64,000 nucleotides of DNA, taken from assembly GCA_034521595.1 (NCBI GenBank), contig JAXHMG010000003.1, forward strand, positions 480,001 through 544,000. The letters are read 5' to 3'. The position numbers and the translations under genes are program-made. This document shows positions 32,854 to 42,776 of the stretch, piece by piece (the stretch's first letter is position 1; each line of letters starts with the position of its first letter). Source of the DNA: Gemmatimonadota bacterium. Lineage in GTDB: Bacteria; Gemmatimonadota; Gemmatimonadetes; Longimicrobiales; Gaopeijiaceae. Below the pieces are notes generated by a model that was not told where the DNA came from, did no database searches, and was given only the letters and a program-made list of their open reading frames with translations.

Positions 32854-33870
32854 ATGCCTTCCAACCAACAAGGTGGGCTGGAGCCCCTCCCGTCTCGGCC
32901 CTCGATGCTCGACCTGATCCGGTTGAGCCCGCGTAGGCTCTTCCCCCCGGGTGGGCTCGAGCTTTACCGGCAGATCGCGCTCCTCACCCGGATGTCCGAG
33001 GAAGCCGAGGTGCTCGATGCCGCCTGCGGCAAGGGCGTCTCGCTCGAGTATTTCGTGCGTGAGTTCGGGGTGCACGGATCGGGTGTCGACCCGGATCGGA
33101 CCTTGGTCGAACAGGCCGAGCAACGCACCCGAGCGCTGGGCATCGCGGATCGGCTCCAGTTCCAGGAGGGGCGGGCGGATGCGCTACCCTACCGGGACGA
33201 GATCTTCGACGTGTCGGTCGGTGAGGTGGGCCTCGCTGGTCAGTGTGATCCTCGGGACGCGGTCCGTGAGCTCGTGCGTGTGACCAAGCCGGGCGGGTTC
33301 GTGGTGTTGGTTCAGCTCGTCTGGAAGGCCCCCGTGGACGCCGAGCGGCAGCGTGTGCTCGCCGAGCACCTCGGCGCCAGGCCGCGGATGGTCGTCGAAT
33401 GGAAGCGGTTCTTGCGGAGCGCCGGCGTGGAGGATCTTCATACCGAAGACTGGTCCGACGCCAGGACGTCGTTCCGTGCGACGGTGGCGAAGCCCTTCCC
33501 GGATTTCGTGGAGCTTTTCTCGATTGGAGAGAAGATCGGCATCATGCGACGCGCATGGGCTCAGTGGGGCTGGAAAGGGGTCTGGACCGCGTTCTCGCGA
33601 GAACGCGCCGTACACCGATTGCTCACTCGAGAGCGCATTCTGGGCCTCGATCTGCTGCGCGGCCGTCGGTCGGTTCCGGCCGACCGTGCCTGTGAGAGCG
33701 ACTCCGAGGTCGGTGAGGGAACGGCCGCGAACGATGGGAGGACGGAGGTCGATGCGGCGAGTCCGGCCACGGAAAGCGGCAAGCCGCGGGAGAACGCCTC
33801 CGCCACGATCGAAACCCGCGATCTTCCGCTGTTCGGAGATGGCCAGGACGAGGAGGACGAAGATGGCTGA
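32854..33870 (+). CDS. Class I SAM-dependent methyltransferase
   Basis: VLDAACGKG, ADALPY..FD, RVTKPGG. Confidence 0.85.
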   Translation: MPSNQQGGLEPLPSRPSMLDLIRLSPRRLFPPGGLELYRQIALLTRMSEEAEVLDAACGKGVSLEYFVREFGVHGSGVDPDRTLVEQAEQRTRALGIADRLQFQEGRADALPYRDEIFDVSVGEVGLAGQCDPRDAVRELVRVTKPGGFVVLVQLVWKAPVDAERQRVLAEHLGARPRMVVEWKRFLRSAGVEDLHTEDWSDARTSFRATVAKPFPDFVELFSIGEKIGIMRRAWAQWGWKGVWTAFSRERAVHRLLTRERILGLDLLRGRRSVPADRACESDSEVGEGTAANDGRTEVDAASPATESGKPRENASATIETRDLPLFGDGQDEEDEDG

Positions 33871-35068
33871 CGACGGCTCGGGGGCCCCTCTGCTACGGCA
33901 GGACGTCGTCGCGGAGGTGCAGGGTGCGCTGCGCCACGAAGATCTCGATGGCTGGCTTCTGTACGATTTTCACGGGCTGAACCCGGTCGCGCAGAGCCTG
34001 CTGGGGCTGGGCAAGACCACACGGCGTGGCTTCGTGCTGATCCCGGCCGAAGGACGGGCCGTCGCGCTCACACACGCTATTGAACGCTCGGCCTGGCGCG
34101 CTTGGCCGTTCGCGATCCGCGAGTATTCGAGTTGGAGAGCCCTGGAAGAGGAGCTTCGCGGACTGCTCGCGGGGCGCACGAGGCTCGCGATGGAGGTGTC
34201 GCCGGGAGGCGCGGTGCCCACGCTCGATCTCGTGCCAGGCGGGCTCGTCGGCTTCCTCTTGGGGTTGGGTCTGGAGATCACGAGCTCCGGCGATCTCGTG
34301 TCCCGCTTTCACAGCGCATGGACGAACCGAGGACTCGAGGACCACCGGAAGGCCGGCGGGATCGTAGCCGACCTGGCCGGCCGCGCTTTTCGTCGTGCCG
34401 CCGACGCCGCGAAGGCCGGCACTCCGACCACGGAGGGGCGCCTGTCCGACTGGATCCGCTCCGAGCTGCGCGATGCGGGGATCGTGCACGAAGCCGACTG
34501 CATCGTGGCGGTCGGATCCCGGGCGGCCGATCCCCACTATGTCCCGGACGGCGAAGGTGAGTCGATCGAGCGGGGTGTGCTCCTGTTGATCGATCTCTGG
34601 GGCGGCTTCGAGAGATCGGTCGCGGCCGACCAGACGTGGATGGGATTCCTCGGCCCACGCATCGACGAGCGGACCGCCGAGGTGTGGAAGGCGGTGCGAG
34701 ACGCTCGGGATGCGGCGCTCTCCTTCTTGCGTGAGCGTTACGCGGCGGGTGACGAAGTCCGCGGGTACGAGGTGGATGACGTTGCGCGGGGCGTCATCGA
34801 GGAGCGGGGCTTCGGCCCGTTCTTCGTGCACCGCACGGGGCACTCCATCGACACGTCCCTTCACGGCAGCGGCCCGAATCTCGACAACCTCGAGAGCAGG
34901 GACGATCGGCGCCTCGTTCCCGGGGTCGGATTCTCGGTCGAGCCGGGTGTATACATTCCCGGCGAGATCGGGGTCCGTAGCGAGATCAACGTTCATTGGG
35001 GAGAGGACGGACCCGAGGTCACGCCCTCCGAGATCCAGCGGGAGATCTTCCTCCTCCTCGACGATTGA
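33863..35068 (+). CDS. M24 Xaa-Pro peptidase family protein
   Basis: ADPHY, LLIDLW, ADQT, HRTGHSI, FSVEPGVY, GVRSE. Confidence 0.88.
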   Translation: MADDGSGAPLLRQDVVAEVQGALRHEDLDGWLLYDFHGLNPVAQSLLGLGKTTRRGFVLIPAEGRAVALTHAIERSAWRAWPFAIREYSSWRALEEELRGLLAGRTRLAMEVSPGGAVPTLDLVPGGLVGFLLGLGLEITSSGDLVSRFHSAWTNRGLEDHRKAGGIVADLAGRAFRRAADAAKAGTPTTEGRLSDWIRSELRDAGIVHEADCIVAVGSRAADPHYVPDGEGESIERGVLLLIDLWGGFERSVAADQTWMGFLGPRIDERTAEVWKAVRDARDAALSFLRERYAAGDEVRGYEVDDVARGVIEERGFGPFFVHRTGHSIDTSLHGSGPNLDNLESRDDRRLVPGVGFSVEPGVYIPGEIGVRSEINVHWGEDGPEVTPSEIQREIFLLLDD

Positions 35069-37542
35069 GCGAGATCAAACACCGGGTCGAGGTAGCGCTT
35101 CCACTCCCGATCCACCGGACGTTCACCTACGAGATCGAGGGCGAGCCACCGCCCTCCGGCACGCGCGTCTTGGTGCCGTTCCGAAACGCGGATCGGATCG
35201 GCTGGGTGGTCGGAACGGGGGAGGACGGTCCGATTCGGGGCTTACGCTCGGTGCTCTCGGTGCTCGACGACCGGCCGACGGTCACGGAAGATATTCTCGA
35301 GCTGTGCCGTTGGATGGCCGAGTACTACGCGGCTCCTCTCGGGATCACGATCCGTGCGACGCTTCCCGCCGTCCTGTCCGACGTGTCCCGTGACTACGTG
35401 ACATGGACGGGGAGCCAGGCGAGCGCAGAGGGCTTACGTCCTCGTGAGCGGAAGCTCATGGCGCATCTCTCCCGGGACGGAAAGCCCCACCGCGTCACGA
35501 CCCTCCGGCGTGCGCTCGGCATGGGGTCCATATGGGCCGAGGTACGTGCGCTCGAGGCACGCGGACTGCTCCGGCACGAGGCGGTCCCTCCGACGGAGCC
35601 GGCCGTGCGGACCAGGCGGGTCGTGCGTGTGAAGGACACCGTGGGCACGCTGGAGGAACGGGAGCGCCTGTTCGGCCGTGCGGACCGCCAGCGCGAAGCC
35701 TATGACTTGCTGGAAGCGTCGGGCGGTAGCGTGGAGCTCCGGCACCTGACCGGCGTGGAGGGGTTCAGCCGGAGCGTCGTGCAAGGCCTTCAGGACAAGG
35801 GATTGGTGGAGCTCGAGGACGAGGAGGAGATTCGCGATCCCTTCGCCCAGGCCCCGGTCCCCGCGCCGGTCGACCTCGTGCCCACACCGGCTCAACGCAC
35901 GGCCCTCGAGCGCCTCACCGCGGCGCTCGACGACCCCGCGCCGGCGCCCTTCCTCCTCCAGGGCATCACGGGGTCGGGGAAGACGCTCGTGTACATCGAG
36001 CTGCTTCGCGAAGTTCTTCGGCGAGGCAAGACCGCGATCGTGCTGGTTCCGGAGATCTCGTTGACGCCGCAGACCGTGTCGCGCTTCCAGGCGCACTTCG
36101 GTGGCCAGATCGCTGTGCTGCACTCCGGCCTGTCGAGCGGCGAACGTTACGATGCGTGGAGATTGCTCAGGGACGGTGAGCGGCGTGTGGCGGTGGGGGC
36201 ACGCTCCGCGCTTTTCGCGCCCTTGGAGGGGCTCGGGCTGGTCGTGGTCGACGAAGAGCACGACGGCAGCTACAAGCAGTCGGAGGCGCCCCGCTACCAG
36301 GCTCGTGATCTGGCGGTGATGCGGGCCCGTTCCCACGGCGCCGTGTGTCTCCTGGGAAGCGCCACGCCTTCGCTGGAAAGCCGCTATAATGCCGAGACGG
36401 GTAAGTTCGTGCGTCTCGAGCTTCCGGAGCGCGCCGGAGGAGCTTCGCTCCCCGACGTCGATGTCGTCGACCTGCGAGAAGAGCGCAAACGGCGAGCGAA
36501 GCCGCGCGGCGGAGGCGAAGGTGGGCCCGAGCAGCACGTGTTCTCGACGCGGTTGGTGGAGGCGGTCGAGCTTCGGCTTCGCAAGGGCGAGCAGGTGATC
36601 CTGCTCTTGAATCGTCGCGGCTACTCCTCGTTCGTGCAGTGCCGTTCGTGCGGCGAGGTCGAGCGCTGCGAGAACTGTAGCATCTCCCTCACCTTCCATC
36701 GGGTGACTCGGCGGATCGTCTGCCACCACTGTCGATTCGAGGCTCCTGCGCCGAGCCGGTGCCCCCGCTGTGGCTCTGACGATCTCTCGTTTCGAGGGGT
36801 GGGCACGGAGCAGGTCGAGAGGGTCGCGGTCGAGACTTTCCCCAGTGCGCGGATCGCTCGGATGGACGTCGACACGACGTCCGGAAAATGGGCTCACCAA
36901 CGCATCCTCGACCGGGTGGAGCGACACGAGGTGGACATCCTCCTCGGCACGCAGATGATCGCCAAGGGGCTCGATTTTCCGGGAGTGACCCTCGTCGGCG
37001 TCGTCAACGCGGACGTGGGTCTGCATCTGCCTGATTTTCGCGCTAGCGAGCGCACCTTTCAGCTCCTCTCCCAGGTCGCCGGAAGGGCGGGGCGGGGGGC
37101 CCTGGGTGGCGAGGTTCTGGTCCAAACCTCGATGCCGGAGCACTACGCCGTCCAGGCGGCTCTCAGCCACGACTACGAGGGCTTCGTCCGACGGGAGCTC
37201 GAGGAGCGTCGACATCCCCGGTACCCTCCTCACGTGCGTCTCGCGAACGTGGTCGTCAGCAGCCCGGACCAGACGCTCGCCGCCGAAGGGGCGGAGGCCG
37301 CCGCGAGCTGGTTGAAGCCGCGCCTCGCCAGGGGCGGGGGTGGCGCGGATGAGGTCGAGCTCGTCGGACCCGCTCCGGCGCCCATCGAACGGCTCCATGG
37401 ACGGTGGCGTTGGCACTTCCTGCTTCGTGCCGCCTCACCCAAGGGCCTCGGTGTCGCCGTCCGAACGCTTGTGACCCGCTTCCGTCTCCCTTCCGGTGAC
37501 GTGAGGCTCGCGCTCGACCGCGACCCGGTGGCGCTGCTCTAG
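35065..37542 (+). CDS. priA: Primosomal protein N'
   Basis: GITGSGKT, VPEISLTPQ, DEEHD, LNRRGY, Cys-rich region, GTQMIAKGLDF, QVAGRAGR. Confidence 0.95.
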   Translation: MSEIKHRVEVALPLPIHRTFTYEIEGEPPPSGTRVLVPFRNADRIGWVVGTGEDGPIRGLRSVLSVLDDRPTVTEDILELCRWMAEYYAAPLGITIRATLPAVLSDVSRDYVTWTGSQASAEGLRPRERKLMAHLSRDGKPHRVTTLRRALGMGSIWAEVRALEARGLLRHEAVPPTEPAVRTRRVVRVKDTVGTLEERERLFGRADRQREAYDLLEASGGSVELRHLTGVEGFSRSVVQGLQDKGLVELEDEEEIRDPFAQAPVPAPVDLVPTPAQRTALERLTAALDDPAPAPFLLQGITGSGKTLVYIELLREVLRRGKTAIVLVPEISLTPQTVSRFQAHFGGQIAVLHSGLSSGERYDAWRLLRDGERRVAVGARSALFAPLEGLGLVVVDEEHDGSYKQSEAPRYQARDLAVMRARSHGAVCLLGSATPSLESRYNAETGKFVRLELPERAGGASLPDVDVVDLREERKRRAKPRGGGEGGPEQHVFSTRLVEAVELRLRKGEQVILLLNRRGYSSFVQCRSCGEVERCENCSISLTFHRVTRRIVCHHCRFEAPAPSRCPRCGSDDLSFRGVGTEQVERVAVETFPSARIARMDVDTTSGKWAHQRILDRVERHEVDILLGTQMIAKGLDFPGVTLVGVVNADVGLHLPDFRASERTFQLLSQVAGRAGRGALGGEVLVQTSMPEHYAVQAALSHDYEGFVRRELEERRHPRYPPHVRLANVVVSSPDQTLAAEGAEAAASWLKPRLARGGGGADEVELVGPAPAPIERLHGRWRWHFLLRAASPKGLGVAVRTLVTRFRLPSGDVRLALDRDPVALL

Positions 37543-37585
37543 CACGGAATGCTAGCGTCACACGCCGACTTCTCCGTAAGCCCGC

Positions 37586-37736
37586 CCGGTGCCACCAGGG
37601 TCGCTCACGCCGGACGTCCTGGTCCGGCTGGTTGAGCTTCCGGGCGGTCCCATTGCACGGATCCGGTGCTGCGGCGTACGTTCGGATCGACCGTGCCGGC
37701 CTGGTGAATGAGTCCGGAAGTCAACCCGATCACCGG
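37586..37736 (+). ncRNA. Candidate structured RNA / leader of unknown family
   Basis: Nested complementary segments: 37586-91/37731-36, 37609-15/37622-28, 37630-45/37712-26, 37655-59/37692-96, 37660-65/37683-88. Confidence 0.45.
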
Positions 37737-37749
37737 ATGAGGAGGGTCC

Positions 37750-38328
37750 GTGGGTTGCCTCGCGCTGAATGCATCGTTCGAGCCGCTGACCATCGTGCCG
37801 CTCCGGCGGGCGGTGCGCTTGGTGTTGGACGGGAAGGCGGAGATCGTGGAACAGGACGGGGACCGTCGCTTCCGCTCGGAGCAGGAGGCGGTACCGTGTC
37901 CCGCCGTCATCCGGTTGGTGCGGTATGTCCACGTGCCGCGGCGGTTCCGCCGACAGGTGACCAATACGTTCCTGTTCGCGCGGGACGACTACACGTGTCA
38001 GTATTGTGGCCGCCATCGTCGTGAGCTCAAGCGGCGTCAGTTCCTCACCCGGGATCACGTGCTTCCCGTTTCCCGCGGCGGCGCAAACGCCTGGACGAAC
38101 GTGGTCACGAGTTGCTCGTCATGTAACAACCGCAAGGGCAATCGGTTGCCTCGGGAGGCCGGCCTGGACCTTAGAACCGAGCCCGACGAGCCGAACTACG
38201 TTCATCTGGTCTGGGTCGTCCGGCGGGTGACGGGCCTCCAGGCGAAATACATCAGGATGTTCTACGGAGAGGAAGTGCTCGACGATGTGGCGATCCGGCG
38301 CTCCAATCAGTCGTCGAGCCACGCGTAG
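37750..38328 (+). CDS. HNH endonuclease (Zn-binding, McrA/HNH_5-like)
   Basis: GAGGAGG RBS; LALNASFEPL, RDDYTCQYCG, TRDHVLPVSRGG..WTNVVTSCSSCNNRKG. Confidence 0.92.
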   Translation: MGCLALNASFEPLTIVPLRRAVRLVLDGKAEIVEQDGDRRFRSEQEAVPCPAVIRLVRYVHVPRRFRRQVTNTFLFARDDYTCQYCGRHRRELKRRQFLTRDHVLPVSRGGANAWTNVVTSCSSCNNRKGNRLPREAGLDLRTEPDEPNYVHLVWVVRRVTGLQAKYIRMFYGEEVLDDVAIRRSNQSSSHA

Positions 38329-38780
38329 GGACGCTCACAGAACTGTCCGTAGCCGCGGATCGTCCCTTGGTTGGTGTATTCCTTCCAACAGACCATCCAA
38401 CCGCGTACCGGATCGTGCAGCACGTCGTAGTGGAAGCCCGGATGATCCACGCGCTCGGCCAGGAATCGCTGGAGGTACGCGGGCATGTTGGCGATGCCGT
38501 CCACTTCGAACGAGACGTCGGCGTCGTCTTCGATCGTGGCCTGAATCTCGGACTCCGACAGCTTGAGGGTGCGGATGGCCTCCTCGATGGCCTCCTGGAC
38601 CGGACTCAAATCTGGAGCGGTTCCGGTCCGGCCCTTGATGATCTTCAACAGCCCCGTTGTCCCGGAGGCCGCGAGCTCGTCCCGAGCACGAACGAACTGT
38701 ACGAGAAGCTGCTCGTGGAGACGCAGGAGCTGTGTATACTCCCGCTTCGCCTGAGCTCGCGGCTCGTTTTCGTCTGCCAT
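38307..38780 (-). CDS. Hypothetical protein
   Basis: Helical N-terminus, aromatic-rich C-terminus; convergent with HNH. Confidence 0.7.
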   Translation of the reverse strand: MADENEPRAQAKREYTQLLRLHEQLLVQFVRARDELAASGTTGLLKIIKGRTGTAPDLSPVQEAIEEAIRTLKLSESEIQATIEDDADVSFEVDGIANMPAYLQRFLAERVDHPGFHYDVLHDPVRGWMVCWKEYTNQGTIRGYGQFCERPYAWLDD

Positions 38781-39051
38781 GCAATGCACCTCGGGTGGGC
38801 GGGATGCCCGGCCGCTTGGATTCCGCTGGGAAAGACGATAATAAGGGGACTGCGGGGTTGCTCGGCAACACCATCACGGGAATCGCGCATCGATACTGGC
38901 GTTGACAGCCCGTGGACCTCCCGATGCACTTGACCCGGCTGCACGCTCGGCCCTAAGCATTCAAGTGGACGCACTCTCCCGGATCCGGAGCATCCGTGGA
39001 CGCGGCCCTCACTCGAGAAGTCCGTGGTTCCCTTGATGCCGGAGTCTCTTC

Positions 39052-39462
39052 ATGAATCCACGATCACACCGTGACCCACCTGCGTCGGAAGAGCGGCGTC
39101 GGTCCAAGCCGACGCCGGTACGCGCCCTCCAGGACGTCGAGACTTCGCCGCCCACGGAGCCGAGTCCTCCAACCGAAGAAACCTCCGTTACGATCGAAGG
39201 GGTCGCCTGGAGCGTTCGCGTCGACGGTGAGGCCGAAGGGCCGGGTGGAGCGCGGGGGCCGCACCTCCTGTTCCTCCGCTTCGACGAGGAAGGAGCGGAT
39301 GGTGATGATGCGTCGGCCAGGAGTGCGTGGGTGGTAGGCGACCGGTTGGGCGACGTGCCCGCCGCCCGACTGGAGGACGCTTTCCGTCGGGCGCAGCCTT
39401 GGACCACGCCGGATCAGCCCAGAAGCTTCTTCGAGGACGCGAGCGCCCGTCGAGGCCGCTGA
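39052..39462 (+). CDS. Hypothetical protein
   Basis: GGAG upstream of ATG; fills the gap before the ECF operon. Confidence 0.55.
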   Translation: MNPRSHRDPPASEERRRSKPTPVRALQDVETSPPTEPSPPTEETSVTIEGVAWSVRVDGEAEGPGGARGPHLLFLRFDEEGADGDDASARSAWVVGDRLGDVPAARLEDAFRRAQPWTTPDQPRSFFEDASARRGR

Positions 39463-39639
39463 AGCACGGCTGGCCGGCCGCGTGCCCGCGCGAGAGCGGT
39501 GCCCCCGAGGCGCTCCGGGGTATGCGGTCGGAGCGAGCATGGACTTAGGTTCATGCGTTCGATGTCCGTCGCGCCTCGTGGATGCTCGAGGTCCGTGACC
39601 CTCCCGCTCGACTCACCTTCAACACGCTCCCCGTCCCAG

Positions 39640-40224
39640 GTGTCTTCAAAGCAGGCAGAGAAGCCTACCGACCGCGAGTTGGTCCGACGAGCCCGGGAGG
39701 GTGACGAGAGGGCCTTCGGGCTGCTCGTCCAGCGGTATCAACGGCCAGCATATGCCGTTGCGCTGTCGGTGGTCGGGAAACACGAGGATGCAGAAGACGC
39801 GGCTCAGGAAGCGTTCCTGGTCGCATTGGAGAGACTGGAGGAATGTCGCAACCCGGATCGCTTCGGTGGATGGTTGCTCACGATCGTCAGGAACCGTTCC
39901 AAGAACCTGATCCGTCGTGAGTCCCTGCGGGACACGGACGAGGTGCCTCCGGCCACGCAATCGAAGATGCCGACGCCGGACCGCGTGACCGAAACGGCCG
40001 AGTTGCGAGGGTTGCTCGAAGAAGCCATGGAGGACCTTCCGGAAGTGCAGAGGGAAGTCGTGATGCTGCATGACTTGGAAGGCTGGAAACATCGGGAGAT
40101 CGCGGAGCGTTTGGACTTGCCTCCGGGGACGGTGCGGTCTCATTTGCATTTCGCGAGGAAGGCGCTGAGGAAGGCGCTCCGGGATCTGCCGGGAGCGCCG
40201 GAAGCCAAGAGGAATACTCGATGA
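39640..40224 (+). CDS. ECF RNA polymerase sigma factor
   Basis: GDERAFGLLVQRY, AEDAAQEAF, WLLTIVRN, EIAERLDLPPGTVRSHL; start uncertain. Confidence 0.9.
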   Translation: MSSKQAEKPTDRELVRRAREGDERAFGLLVQRYQRPAYAVALSVVGKHEDAEDAAQEAFLVALERLEECRNPDRFGGWLLTIVRNRSKNLIRRESLRDTDEVPPATQSKMPTPDRVTETAELRGLLEEAMEDLPEVQREVVMLHDLEGWKHREIAERLDLPPGTVRSHLHFARKALRKALRDLPGAPEAKRNTR

Positions 40225-40628
40225 GCGATAGATTGGAACAGACGATGACGGACGATCCGCGGATGGACATGGAGTTGTACGAAGCGCTCACGTCGCTCGA
40301 TCCGGGTGAGCGTGATCCGGCCTATTGGACGCGCTTCGGAAGCTCGGTGCTGTCTGGTGCCGGTCCGGAGTTGGCTAGACGACGAGCCCTTGCGTCGATG
40401 ACCGTGGGGGACGTGTTGATCGGTTGGGCCAGAGCGCTCGTGCCGACGGCGATGGTCGCGGTGGCGGTCGCGGGAGTGATGCTGATGCGGGCTCAAGGAG
40501 CTCCGACTTCGACCCCGTTGGGAATCGAGGAGATGCTGGTGAGTGACCTCCAGGGCATCACCGTCCAACATATCTCGTCGCTCGACGGTGTGGGTGACCC
40601 CGAGACCCTGGCTGCGGAGATCTTTTAA
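40221..40628 (+). CDS. Single-TM putative anti-sigma factor
   Basis: ATGA overlap with the sigma gene; one TM; no Zn motif. Confidence 0.6.
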   Translation: MSDRLEQTMTDDPRMDMELYEALTSLDPGERDPAYWTRFGSSVLSGAGPELARRRALASMTVGDVLIGWARALVPTAMVAVAVAGVMLMRAQGAPTSTPLGIEEMLVSDLQGITVQHISSLDGVGDPETLAAEIF

Positions 40629-41071
40629 TGAGCCAGCAGACCAGGACCCGTATCGTGACGGCAAGCCTTTTGCTGACCGTGTTCGGGGCCGGGATGTTGC
40701 TCGGATTCGCGGCGGATACGATCCTGACCGGTACGCCGGCCGCCGCGCTCGCGACCTCCGCCGAAGAGAACGGTACTGACGGTGGCGAGGACGGTGAAAG
40801 CGAACGGACTCCGATGTACGAGCAGGTGGGGCCGGATTCTGCCCAGAGCGTCGTGATCGATTCGATCGTGCGGGAGCACCGCGCGCGAATGGATTCGCTC
40901 AACCGCGAGTTCCAGGAGAACTACGACCCACGCTTCCGGGCCATCGTGGAGGAGACTCGCGAGGCCATCAAGGAAGTGTTCACCCCGGAGCAGGCCGCTC
41001 GCTATCAGGAGCTGGTAGAGGCGCGAGACCGGGAGCGAGCGGCTGAAGAAGCTGGTGAGGACGACGCCTGA
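40628..41071 (+). CDS. Exported helical protein, Spy/CpxP-like
   Basis: N-terminal TM/signal; IKEVFTPEQ motif (LTxxQ-like). Confidence 0.65.
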   Translation: MSQQTRTRIVTASLLLTVFGAGMLLGFAADTILTGTPAAALATSAEENGTDGGEDGESERTPMYEQVGPDSAQSVVIDSIVREHRARMDSLNREFQENYDPRFRAIVEETREAIKEVFTPEQAARYQELVEARDRERAAEEAGEDDA

Positions 41072-41184
41072 GGCGTGATCCACGCGCATCGTTGGCGCGC
41101 CTCGTCCACGTGGCGAAGCGCGAATCCGCGTTCGGCGCATGGTCGGGTGAGCGGTGATGGCCGAGTGCTGACCGGGAGGGGATC

Positions 41185-41895
41185 GTGACGGAGGCCATCA
41201 TCAAGACCGAAGCGCTCACCAAGCACTACGCTCTGGGGGCCGAGGTCGTGCGCGCGGTCCGTGAGATCGATCTCGAGATCGTTCGCGGAGAGTTCGTCGC
41301 CGTGATGGGACCCTCGGGAAGTGGCAAGTCGACTCTGATGAACATGGTCGGCTGCCTGGATACGCCGACTTCGGGCCGTTATTGGCTGAACGGACACCTC
41401 GTTAGTGAGCTCTCCGAGGACGAGCTCGCTCGTGTCCGCAACCTGGAGATCGGGTTCGTTTTCCAGACGTTCAACCTGCTGCCCCGGGCGACGGCCCTGC
41501 ATAATGTCGAGCTTCCGCTGATCTACGCGGGGATTAGCGCGACGGAACGGCGGGAGCGGGCCGCGGAGAAGTTGGAGTTGCTGGGGTTGTCCGATCGCAT
41601 GAACCACCGACCACCCGAGTTGTCCGGGGGCCAGCGACAACGGGTCGCCGTGGCACGGGCGCTCGTGAACGAACCCGCGCTCCTGTTGGCCGACGAGCCC
41701 ACCGGGAACCTCGATTCCGTGACCGGGCGGGAGCTCATGGACCAACTCACGGACCTCAACGCGCGGGGTCAGACCATCGTGATCGTCACACACGAGGACG
41801 ATGTGGCTTCCTACGCGAAGCGCCAGGTACACTTGAGAGACGGCCGGATCGAGCGGGATTTTCTCAACGAGCCAGCCGGTGCGCCCGGAGTGTGA
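41185..41895 (+). CDS. ABC transporter ATP-binding protein (LolD/MacB-like)
   Basis: [39 protein letters not shown]. Confidence 0.93.
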   Translation: MTEAIIKTEALTKHYALGAEVVRAVREIDLEIVRGEFVAVMGPSGSGKSTLMNMVGCLDTPTSGRYWLNGHLVSELSEDELARVRNLEIGFVFQTFNLLPRATALHNVELPLIYAGISATERRERAAEKLELLGLSDRMNHRPPELSGGQRQRVAVARALVNEPALLLADEPTGNLDSVTGRELMDQLTDLNARGQTIVIVTHEDDVASYAKRQVHLRDGRIERDFLNEPAGAPGV

Positions 41896-41912
41896 GAGAC
41901 GAGCCCGGGGCG

Positions 41913-42776
41913 TTAGCGTGGCAGCGTGACCCGAAGGTTCTCCCCGTGACGGATGAGCGCAATGGACTCGGGTCGAGGTGCCCGGGACACGGCCGCGCGT
42001 AGATCGTCCACGGTCCCGATCGCGTTGTCGCCGACTCGTATGATGACGTCGCCCGCGCGCAGGTCGGCCGCGGCCGCGGGGGTGCCGGCGGGAACATCCA
42101 CGACCAGGACCCCGCCGTCGACGCTGAAATACCGGGCGAGGTCGGGCTGAATATCGATGACTTCGGCGCCGGCTACGCGGTTCCGTCCGAGCAGATAGGG
42201 GGCCAGCGGGCTGAACCCGTCCGACGCTTCCAAGCGAGCATCCGCGTCGAGTGGGTCACCCTCGAAGCGCGGCGGTCTCGCAGGGGAGGCGGGCCGCGCT
42301 TCGGAACGGAGCCGCTCCCTCTGCTCGGCGAGACGAACGCGCATCGAGTCCATGGCTCGAACAATCGAGCCGACGATGGAGTCGGTGTCGGGCCCGACCG
42401 GGGGGCGAGGTCGGGGACGGGGAACCACTCGCGGTCGTTCGGTCGCGGCGATGCGGTATTCGTGCTGGCGGTCGCTTCGTCGGAGCACGATATGGACGCT
42501 GTCGCCGACCGCGAGCCGTAGCCCTTCGCCCAGGTTCCTGAGAGCATCCGCAGTCGGCATATCGTTGATCTCGACGAGTGTATCGCCCGCACGGATGCCG
42601 GCGCGGGCCGCGGGGCTTCCAGGCTGTACGCCGGTGACGACCACGGATGTGCGGGTGTCCGTGTCGTCACTCGCCGTCACGATGTTCACGGATACGCCGA
42701 TCCAGCCGGGACGCTCCTGGGCGTCCAGGAGCGACGGCGCGAGCACGACCGTGCAGAAGAGGAGGACGAGGCGCAT
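41913..42776 (-). CDS. Exported tandem-PDZ protein without a protease domain
   Basis: Signal peptide; VQPGSPAARAGIRAGD and VPAGTPAAAADLRAGD. Confidence 0.8.
   Translation of the reverse strand: MRLVLLFCTVVLAPSLLDAQERPGWIGVSVNIVTASDDTDTRTSVVVTGVQPGSPAARAGIRAGDTLVEINDMPTADALRNLGEGLRLAVGDSVHIVLRRSDRQHEYRIAATERPRVVPRPRPRPPVGPDTDSIVGSIVRAMDSMRVRLAEQRERLRSEARPASPARPPRFEGDPLDADARLEASDGFSPLAPYLLGRNRVAGAEVIDIQPDLARYFSVDGGVLVVDVPAGTPAAAADLRAGDVIIRVGDNAIGTVDDLRAAVSRAPRPESIALIRHGENLRVTLPR

Noticed and set aside
37586-37736. 6S RNA, SRP RNA or IscB omegaRNA identity for the structured element
   Set aside because: No SRP helix-8 motif; the fold is branched rather than a 6S rod; the HNH protein lacks PLMP/RuvC motifs
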